From Epiperipatus broadwayi (taxonomy: Eukaryota; Animalia; Onychophora): 64,000 nucleotides of DNA. The notes beneath the pieces were generated by a model. It was not told where the DNA came from, ran no database searches, and saw only the letters and a list, made by a program, of their open reading frames with translations. A program made the position numbers and the translations under genes. The stretch is from positions 24,924,001-24,988,000 of the forward strand of contig JAQFVV010000004.1 of assembly GCA_028023455.1 (NCBI GenBank). The letters run 5' to 3'. Position 1 is the first letter of the stretch. The number at the start of each line of letters is the position of its first letter. Shown in pieces: positions 53,696-64,000 of the stretch.

Positions 53696-56001
53696 CTTAA
53701 GAAAAAAAAATAACAATTTCAGTCTTTTCCAATCATATCACTTTTGTTTCCAGGTTTTAAAGTAATATTACAAACATTTATTTCAAATAAATAAAACATA
53801 AAATTATAAAGTTGTCAGATATTTATTTCAATCAAATTTAAATTGATTTTTAAAATAAATAATATTATTTAATAAATATTCTAGAAAACTAGAATCAGTC
53901 TTTGTTAAATATAAATTTAAACATATAAGCTCCCACACATGCACACAAAATATAAAAATGTAATAAAAACTTTCTTGTGCCCATAAATAAAAATGTAATC
54001 TAAATATAATTGCTTTACCTCAAAATATTTTAGTGTTATAATGTTAAATTTATAATTCTATTTCTTATTTCTGTATGAAATTAGTTCCTTTTATTTGTGA
54101 GCACTCTTAGCTGTTATGTCATTTAACATCTTTGCTTCTTAATAAGAATAAAGACAAAATAACACATTGTAATGCAGTCATCAAAATTTGCTTGGGAAGC
54201 TCTTAAAAAAGACTTTACAAAATATTTTTTTCATAAACATTAGTAACAGAAAATATTAAACATAGTATTGATCATATTTTATGTTATACAACCAAAGGCA
54301 GTGATGAATAAATTTGCTTAACTATAAAAATTAAAGCCATTAAATTTTTTATAGTTTTAAATTTATAATAACCAATTTATAGTGATACTCTAAGGTCATA
54401 ATTTATACCTATTTAATTGTTATTAATTTTATTCTTTTCTGAGCCAAAATGGGCTATTTAAATATTCAAATTTAAATTTTAAATTAAAATTGACTATATG
54501 AATGGTTAATTACACTCTGATATAAATAACCACTTAATCACACCACTATATTCCATGAATATGATATAGTAAAAAATATATTGAAAGCATGCTAGGCAGT
54601 AATAAAGCTAAATATATATACATATAATCACAGAAACAGTAAATTTTCCCTGCAATGTTAATATCAATGCACCACCCTTTATTATCAGAATTTGTATTGC
54701 ATATACAAAATTAATTCATTTATATTTGCTATTTCAGTTTTTAAAAAATAGAAAAACTGACAAATTATATAAATCGGAGTAAAACTTCTAATCATACTCA
54801 GATATTATCAATACTTCATTTAACACAGCAAATAATTTAACATGTTTAGGAAAAGTCAATAGTTGCTCATTTTGTTGTCAATATGAGTTAAATCATTGGT
54901 TAAAATTGATTTAGTAAGAAGTAAAAGATTCTAAAAGAAAATGCAGATTGGTATTTTAATTTTTAATTAAATTATTTGCTGCATTCAATGGGGATTGGTT
55001 AATATATGGGTACAATTGAAAATTCATTCGGTGTAACATTTATTATGCATTCATTTTATATTTGCAAGGGATATTCTATTAATAGAATGAAATGTATTGA
55101 TACAAAAATTGTGGGGATAAATTATTATCATGATTATTTAAAATTAAAAACATTAATATATGTATTGTAACAGTAAATATTATTATTATAAATTGCCTAA
55201 CATATTGGAAGTCAAATATTTTAATGAAACATGGGTAAAATATATATTATTAATAAGTTACTATGCTATCCTACACATTAAAGAGTTAAATGTTTTAACT
55301 ATAAAATATACTAGAACCATGAGATGTAATAAATATGAAGTACTTAAATATGTAGAACACAATAAATTAGTATAATTCAGTCACAAAAGATATTTTATTG
55401 AATCCCAATTACATTAACTAAAATAAATAGTATAGATGTTAACTAAATCTAATTAGAATAAAATTGTACATAAGTCCATGTATATGTATAATGTATGTAT
55501 AAAATCAATTTCTTAAAGATGCTATGGCAGAATATATATTTTAATCAATCTTTTAAATAAATATTTATTCAAATATCTCAAGATAAATATAATATTAAAT
55601 TTATGTATTAGTGGTTTATATTTTTAGTATGGTGACTCAAATAAATAAATGATATAATCTTATAAAGAAAATAAATATATAGGTCAAATTTAATTAATAG
55701 ATTCAAATTTTATTTATATTAAATAACACACACACACATATATATATATAAATGAATTATTAGTTTAAAATTATGACTGGATATATGTTTTTTTTTTCCA
55801 GCTTCTTGCTTGCAATGTTTTAAAGAAGTTAAAGGCTTTACATGGGAGGTAGAATTTACTATATATTATATTTATTCACTATATTGGATCCTTTATAAAT
55901 GGTAACTAAGGTTATATTTTATTTAGCATAAAACTGCGTAGCATTGAATACATTTTACATAAATCAAGAATATGTTTTCATGGTTTGATAATATAACATA
56001 C

Positions 56002-56124
56002 TTATACGTAGCTCCATTAAATATAATTCATTATAACAAAACCTCAATATATTTCTATAAATATCATCATCTAAAAAATAATATGGCAGCATTTCTGTAT
56101 ATGTTGATTTATTGAGTAACATAA
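56002..56124 (-). CDS. Candidate exon (VMLLNKSTYTEMLPYYFLDDDIYRNILRFCYNELYLMELRI)
   Basis: Acceptor ttttttgtag, donor gtatgt, 123 nt, phase 1 to 1, within ORF 55964-56188. Confidence 0.5.
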
Positions 56125-58599
56125 CTACAAAAAATATACATATAGTCATATTTTTTATCAACAATGAAATATAAAACATTATCAGCATAAAAAATAGAGG
56201 AACATTTCAAATCTAATATTTTCAGTAAGTAACTATCACCTTTTAAAAAGTCAATATCACATCACTAAAATTCACTTCAACATTGAAAACTTATTATGTA
56301 CAAATTAAAAACTAAGTTATCATAAAATAGAAATTTAATTCTATATAATATTTATTACATTTAAATTCTATTTATCCAAGGTTAACTCTTTTGCTCAAAA
56401 TAAATGTGATATATGCAATATAATTATATATTATTAATTAAATGCATATACCTGTTTTTCACATTTAAAAGCCCTGGAAAAAAATGCTGAAACATCTTTC
56501 ATAATGAAGTAATAAAAAAAACTTCATAAATTTAGCATAGATATTCATGAATAATACAGTTTTATTTTAATAAATAAAGTTCATAGGTGTCCCTAAAAAT
56601 TCTTGCTGCACAGTAGTATAAACATATGGAAAAGGGGAAATTGTAAAAAAGATCTATTAGCACTTAAAAGTGAATTTTACACTTTTCTTTGGTCTATTGT
56701 TCATAAGAGTTATTTACTATTAGTTATAGTGATGTGGTAAAATCAGTTAATATTTTCTTGAATATTCTTAAGAAATTATATAGCAGTTGATTTTTAAATA
56801 CTGCTGAAATGCCTTTGTTTCACTATCCTGACCCTGGATTGCTTAAACCTCAACATAAACTTTATATTATCATAGTTGTGTTAAAATTGTTTAAAAAAAT
56901 ATAAACAGCCTTCTAAATTTCATTAATGAAAACTCAAAAAAAAAAAAAAAAGATAAAACAATCTGTAAACTTTCTACTAGAACTCTGAAATGATAAAAAA
57001 ATGAATAGAAAATAAATTTCATGTTTCTGCTTAAAAATCTTTCCTCATTTAAATGCCAGATCAGATCAAATTTGAAAAACAACAACAAAACATTGGTATA
57101 AATTGTATTAAGATTATGACTGTATGTTTAGTTTATAAATCTACATATATATTTTAATTTTTTTTAATGCATTTATGATATGGTTTATGTTATTTATATA
57201 TCTTTTAGGCACTGAATTAATGCTTTTTTATATCTTTGGTATTTTAAGATGTCTCAACTAACATTAATCATTAGTGATATAGAATGAACTATTTATATAT
57301 TTACTAATGATTAAAGTTTACAACATAAAAAATATAAAATAGACATGTTAATGAAAAATCTATGAGTTTGAGGAATGAAATCTAAATCATCATATTTTAA
57401 GACATTATAATTTTACATAAAATTTATAATAGGAAAAAATGAATGAATAGGTAACCAAGAGTTGAGATCATTAACAACAGGATTGATTTAAATATGACAA
57501 CTCTTTTAAGTTCATCCTTGTACATGTTAAAATAATCATATGCTTTGCTATAACATTTATGAAATTTTACAAAAAAATCTATGCAATGTAAAGGACAGAA
57601 TTTATTTTTTTGTAATTCACATAGATGGTGAAGCTAAGATGTGTGGATGTATATAACATTATTTTTATTTAGATCAATATTAACATCTGGTACAAATATA
57701 TTAAATTATTTAAGGTTTGAAATAATGATTCTGTTACTGGACATGTTATACATTAGCTTATATATGCAGATGTGATATTTTTTTTCAGAGATTAAAAGTG
57801 ATGATATGTATGCCCATTGCTTGTCTTATTAATATATTATAGAGAAAGCATGGCATATGATGATTTAACCACAATAAATTGTGTATTGATATATATTTTC
57901 TAGGATTAATTATTTATGCACATACGTTGATGCTGAATGAAATTATTAAGAGATTATATCAGTGATCATAATTCCAATTGCATGCATCTATCTAAATTAT
58001 TTTGAGGTTGATAATTTATATGAATGTAATTTCTTACACAAGTCTTTGTCTTTTTGTTGTTAGCTGAGTGAATTATTAATGGATATTCAATTATATTATT
58101 TTTATTAATGATAAAACTTAATTTATATTATTATATATAACACATACAGTATTTTAAAATGTTCCATGCATACTAGATTTTTGATTTCAATCCCAGTCTT
58201 ATTTAAATCTATATAAATTAGTTAATCAGTCATATGATATTATGCACATTCTTATCTAGATGAAACACTCAGAAATGATAATATTATAAAAATTTAAGAA
58301 ACTAATAAGAAATATCTTCATATATTATATAAGTTTGGCTCATCCTTGATAATAAAATACATCTAAATATTAAATATAAAATTATTATAATAAAATAGAG
58401 AAAGATATAATTCATCTTATTTAGTTTTTCTTGTATTTTCAAGCACAAAGTTTACTATTAATATTTTGTAGTACCCAAATTCAATTTATGAGTTTATTTT
58501 ATATATGAGATAATTAAACAGAATCTTAAACTTTGTGGATATGATATTATATTTTATTTGATATACTTTAATAAAATATTAATCTTGTTTATTATTAAA

Positions 58600-58960
58600 A
58601 TATGACATTGTCTCTATTTAGAGGATGGGATTTGATTGTGGAAATACATAAAAGGAGTCTTATGTTTTTTCCTGACCTAAACAATAAAAGAAATATACCA
58701 TAGTGATTGAATGTGCTGTGGAAACCAGAACTAAGATATCTAACAAATAAATTCTATATTATTGTACAGATTGGATATGTAAATATCTGGAAGTGTAATT
58801 GATGTTTAAATATTTATTATACATTGCACAGGGTCACACTGCCATATGGAGGGAGTTGTTATTATTTATGTAGATAATTAACATCCAGTTTAAATTGCTA
58901 ACTTAGAAATATCACCTGATGGAGGGTCATGGGTCATATTTGTAATAAACAAAAATATTT
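58600..58960 (-). mobile_element. Decayed LINE RT fragment
   Basis: Locally higher GC with faint RT-like motifs. Weak. Confidence 0.3.
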
Positions 58961-59898
58961 TTAAATTGTTTGCAAAATTGCTAATTTAAAGTATAGGACT
59001 ATTTAATGTTACAATATAAGTTGGTAACAATGAAAATATCACATTACAGAAAATCACATCTTTAATTTAAAAAAGTATAGAAAGTAAAGAAAAAAAGTTA
59101 AAAATGAATTATGATAATAATACAAGCCATTCTATATAACACAAATATGTTCAAGATATAATGTACTGGTTCCAATTTCACATCTCGAGATACTGTGGTT
59201 TAAATCTTTTACTGTGGGCAATTTTTTTTCTAAAAAATTCTACAATTTTTTTTTAATTGTTGTTTCTCATTATACTCTAACTTTATGGCCTCTCAACGAA
59301 AGAAATTAACATCGAAAACACTTTAAAATGTCATTGGGATAGTCTACCTCTCTTGTAAAAGCAACAATTCATTTCATCATAAAATAACAATTTATAAAAA
59401 TGTGGTTTTTTTAATAATAGATTCAATATCATAATCTGCAGCAAACTAAAGTGCACTATGCTTAGTTTTTGATCCTTTTATCATAATTTTAGAATCTTAT
59501 GAAACATCAGTAAATGATTTGGTTTTGCTGTTCTTATGTTTCAATGTTTTCTTATGGTCAATGTCTCATTTTAAATTATAGTATACCAAAACTTTATCCT
59601 TTCTATTAAAGTAGTAAATAAATATTTGTCCATAGCACATTCATAAACTAATAATTAGTTAATTATAAATGTGTAAATAAAGATATAAAAAAAGAATAAT
59701 AGACAAAAACAAAAGTCTAGCAAAAATTGATAAATAAATAGAAAATATAATACTCAACCGATAGAATATATAAGTTTATTAGTTATACTAAAATATTTTT
59801 TTTCAAATTTCATTTTTAAAAAGTTCATTATTTTAAGTGATAACTGGAAAATACTGCTCCTTGTATTTTAACTTTTTTTTTATATTAGCAGGAAATAC

Positions 59899-59946
59899 CA
59901 TTAGCGCCTTAATAGATGAGAACATGTAAAAGCAGTTTCTCGCCAT
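59899..59946 (-). CDS. Candidate first coding exon (MARNCFYMFSSIKALM)
   Basis: ATGGCG start, donor gtattt, CpG-containing, downstream of a promoter-like patch. An upstream out-of-frame ATG gives a 27-aa ORF (MGSSGRAT...LRR*). Confidence 0.35.
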
Positions 59947-60049
59947 AAACTTGACAATACAGTTGCCCTTCCACTGGATCCCATCAAAGAAAAGAAACAA
60001 GAAAATAAATTCTCGTTTTTTTTTTCTTTTTTTAAAAAAAGTACTTTTC

Positions 60050-60125
60050 ACCAGAAAAAAGAGAGATTTTTATTAAGTTATAAAAGTTTCAAAAACTGTT
60101 TTAAAACGCGGTCTAGCACGCACAT
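60050..60125. promoter_or_regulatory. Promoter-like CpG patch (aaaacgcggtctagcacgcac), possibly bidirectional
   Basis: CpG cluster in a CpG-poor window, between divergent exon candidates. Confidence 0.35.
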
Positions 60126-60374
60126 TTATGGATTAAAGTGTATGTGTATGTATAATAATTGGACCACTATCATATAATCATAATAATGGCATTTTCTATT
60201 CATAGTTAAACTTTATTTCATAGAAACTGAAAATATTAAAAATGTGGTAAGCATATCGATAACTTTAGTACTCTAAGAATATGATTCTTCTCTCATCAGA
60301 TGTGAAAGCTGCTTCATTTTGAAATTATATTTTTTATCTTCCCAATTAGTTCATTGACTTAACTAGTTGAGTAG

Positions 60375-60467
60375 ACTATGGAGGTTCTGCTGAAAGAAAA
60401 ATATTTAAACCTATTGGTGATGTCAAGCTTCATCTACTTCAAATTCCAAGGCAAAGTCATGGATATG
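60375..60467 (+). CDS. Candidate exon (DYGGSAERKIFKPIGDVKLHLLQIPRQSHGY, or MEVLLKEKYLNLLVMSSFIYFKFQGKVMDM from the ATG at 60378)
   Basis: Two open frames, donor gttagt, weak acceptor. Confidence 0.35.
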
Positions 60468-60806
60468 GTTAGTGCATTAACCACAATACAATATATACTA
60501 TTAAGAATATTGGTGTTAAAAAATTAATAAAATGTACCATTAATTCATACATTTTAAACTATATACTCAGAAAAATTGCATGATCTGTGAATCTTATTTT
60601 ATAATATGTTGAAATATTTCTGTCATGTAATTTTAATTATTAGGTGTTTGTAGAATAATCCAAACTTTAAGTTTTTCAAAAATATCTGACTATGAATATT
60701 AACAGAGGTTAGTATATAACACAGTGTTTTTAGTAATATAACTTTCCTTTCTTCTTCAAGCTTTGTTGGCTTGACAAGTGATAATACTCATATGGTAATT
60801 ACCTTG

Positions 60807-60875
60807 CTAGTACTCTTGATGGTCAGGCTAGCAATACTTGAAGAAAAAGAAGAAGAATATCACTCAAAATATCAT
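60807..60875 (+). mobile_element. SINE core fragment related to 23800-23958
   Basis: ctagtactcttgatggtcaggctagcaa versus ctagtactatcactggtcaggccagcaa. Confidence 0.5.
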
Positions 60876-61847
60876 GTAATCTTTGTGTTATTATTGACAG
60901 TTGCAAATATTTAAAAGGTTTGTAATTTAAGTGAAATCTCGATATAATATATATAAATCATATTGCCAATGGATAACTATTAAGTGTAAAAAATATTAGT
61001 ATAGTTTGTTGTATTCTCAAATCTATTTCTACAATGTTAAATAAATATCAAGCTGTGAAAATAAATGAAAATCAATTCATTCAATTATATGGTAGTGTTA
61101 CATTTAACTTGTCATCTGACTTCCTAAACAATTGACATTATGATTTTTTTTTTTACAAAATTATTAATTTTTTTCAAACTCTGGCAAAGATTACATAAAA
61201 CACTATTTATTTGTTTTTATTATATTGATTTTTTTATTTGATAAAAATGGAATATAAAAAACCCAATAATTTTAGCCACTTCTGATTGCAGTGAAATACA
61301 TATTGTGAACATTTAATAAGTAGTCTCAATCTATAAGCAGTCTATTAACTCAGATGTATATATGAAAAGATTAAAGTTAGATATAATAATAATTAAAAAA
61401 CCTAGCCATTAACATCCTAGCAATGATATATATAGCATTAGTAAAAAGTCTTTGAAGGCTAAAAATATTTAGCTGAAGTTTTGCAACTATGTAGTGCGAT
61501 TTCAATTATTTGTACAAATTTTGAAGCAGATGTTGCATTTGGCATTTCAGTCTAGGCTAGGTTAGCTCTATTAATATTATGATCATTCTAATATGTTATA
61601 AACTCTAATGTCTTTTTTTCCAGTTTTGATTAGAGTCTAAACTTAGTACAATATTTCTAATAGTTTAAATGAAGTAACTTTTTCCATTTTATTATATTTT
61701 TTACTTTTAATCTACCAAATAAAATCACCATGTGAAATCATGGGGCCACATCGCATATTTTTTTGTAAAGGGCATTTTACATATTTGTCAATTTTTTTTA
61801 TAATGGCTGAAAAGTTTGACAATGTGAAATTTTGTTTTCATTTACAG

Positions 61848-61886
61848 AAAACAGCAAGAAAAAAGTTGTAATGCTTGAAAGAGATT
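61848..61886 (+). CDS. Candidate 39-nt exon (NSKKKVVMLERD)
   Basis: Acceptor tttcatttacag, donor gtaagc, one open frame, phase 1 to 1. Confidence 0.35.
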
Positions 61887-64000
61887 GTAAGCAAACTGAT
61901 CTCTAAAAATTCAAATTTATGAATGATTTAATTGAAATGTTAAATTTACTGCATCTCTAAAAAGCATCATAAATGAAGTCCAAAGTCAAAACAATCCTGA
62001 TTTTTTTTTGTACAAGTGGCATTTTTCTCTCAAATTTAATTTGTAATAGTCCAGCATTTTATGTGCAAGTTCCAAAACATTTACATGGTGTGGTAAAATG
62101 TAAACATCCTGTTTTGTGATAAAGAAAAGAGAGCAAGCTCCACCCCAACAAAGCATAATCTCTCAAAGCCTTGAGTATGAAACACTTTTTAATTAAATTC
62201 AGCATGGCTCAGCTTATCTATCAGCCAGATTTGCTCAATCTCACTTTCTGCAATTTTTTAATCTCTTGAATAAAAAAAATGACTCAACTTTTTTCATATA
62301 CAGAGCATTGGGTGGGTAGGGAATGACAGAGACATTAAAATGCATTACTTTGCAAGTGTCTCTGGACTACTTCAAAAATGACTAACTGTTTTAGACTGGT
62401 GCATTGTATTAAATAGACTATACTTTTTAAAGTGATTCAATTTGCAACATTTAAAAATGAATATACAATCTTTATTACAAAATTCTGTTTATTTTTGGTT
62501 CCCCCGTTTGAAGCAGTTGATATAGCAGGCATTGTTTACTTTAGGAATATTATTTATCTATTTGTGTACACATGATACAATCATTAAATGATTATTATAC
62601 AATGAAAAAGTTTCTATGACACTTAATTTTATGCACACATGATTTTAATGATATATATATATTGTAACCTTTAGCTTTATTAGTAAAGCTAAATCTTCAG
62701 CTATCTAATTGTTTAGTATTTAAAAATTTTTTTTTTCAATAAATTAATTTCTGTAGTAAGCCAATTTGTTAGGGCTTGATATTTAAATGTTAATTCATTG
62801 TATGAGTCATTTTATAAGAACTTTTATAAGTCTTAATTGCTTTAAAAGTTATATCTTGTTGTAATGCTTTAAACCCATATGTAGTTGTATATAATTTTAA
62901 ATTGATTAGTTTAGAGATATTTTTACCCTAAATATTAATGAGTTAGTATTGGAAAAATATTAAGAGTGAAAACTATTTTAATATAGATATTACTATGTAA
63001 AAATCAATGTCAGAATTTGACTTTAAAGCTAAGTTCAAATTTTTATGCTTATTGTTAATAATTAAATTACTCATAAAAATGTATTTTTTTAAAAATTGGT
63101 GGCTAATAAAAAGTATACTTTTCTTAATGCCAATTGTAATAAAGATTAATTTAGTTAAGTAAGTTTTAAGCTAGTTAATTAAATAAGATAAAAAAATAAT
63201 TTATTAGTAAAAACTATTACTTTCAAATAAAGAAAGTAAAAATGAATATGTGTGAGTGTGCTTGATTATAAATTTTATTTTAACTTCAGTCTTATTTTTA
63301 AAAAAATATTTTAGGGAGATTCACAATTATTAAATATTGTACAATATTGTTTAAAAGAAAAATCTAAATTAATATTTTATATGAAATAGTGTAATTTATT
63401 ATCCAATGTTTTATTTTATTTTCAGGAATAAGTTTTAGTTTTATAAATAATTTATCTTAAAATATAACATTTAATTAAAATGCCAGACAATTATGCAAAT
63501 GAGTTTATTTTTAGCTATGTTTCCCAGATATCACTTAATCCTTAAACTATAATGAATTAAGATCAAGGAGAGGTTAATCTGTGTCAATTTCATTTATCAA
63601 AATCAGTCACATGATCAACATTATAAATAGAGGAAGAGTTGCACATGTGAGCTTACTTGAATACTTATTACTTAATTTGGGTAATTTCAATGGAGAAATT
63701 TATTTGATAAATTGTTTAAAAAATTAATTATATTTAACTTTATTCGGTTTAATTATTTATAATAAATTTTTGTTTGCTTAAAGTTAAATATGTTTTGCTA
63801 ATTAATTTTCACCCAGGCCAGAAGTCTAAGCTGAAATTACTAAAAGTTTGAAATCTACATTGCAGTGAAACATAATGAAAAATTTAACTAAAGGTTTAAC
63901 AATAATCATTCAATTATTTCTCTTTAAATTTTGTACTTTGGGGGGATTCTACATGGCTCATCCTTATTGAATAAGAACTTTTTGTTGATTCTTGTTTTTT

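Noticed and set aside
55802-55848. Plus-strand 47-nt exon candidate (ASCLQCFKEVKGFTWE or LLACNVLKKLKALHG)
   Set aside because: Strong acceptor but two possible frames and no reliable neighbouring exons. Left uncalled.
60270-60300. Minus-strand CTGATGA followed by a small hairpin
   Set aside because: No GAAA core after the hairpin and no cleavage triplet or stem I.

Overview
Very AT-rich eukaryotic (metazoan, probably invertebrate) scaffold window; GC is roughly a quarter by eye, not computed. It has a 500-N gap at 15762-16261. No prokaryotic genes, CRISPR arrays, rRNA or intact tRNA genes are visible, and most ORF-track entries are noise or transposon relics. Most recognisable sequence is decayed mobile DNA: three Tx1/L1-clade LINEs, an I-clade LINE with RNase H, CR1/L2-type relics, a rearranged Penelope-like element (GIY-YIG), hAT, Tigger/pogo and Harbinger DNA transposon relics, tRNA-derived SINEs and a possible Helitron. 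Scattered among these are short spliced exons of at least one unidentified minus-strand host gene, plus two CpG-richer promoter-like patches (about 35.0 kb and 60.1 kb). The standout is a retrozyme-like element at 48.8-49.7 kb: a non-coding unit of about 447 nt, arranged as a partial tandem plus an inverted copy, carrying two minimal type I hammerhead ribozymes. Each has a palindromic helix III (ACUAGU), and the element lies inside a predicted host intron.
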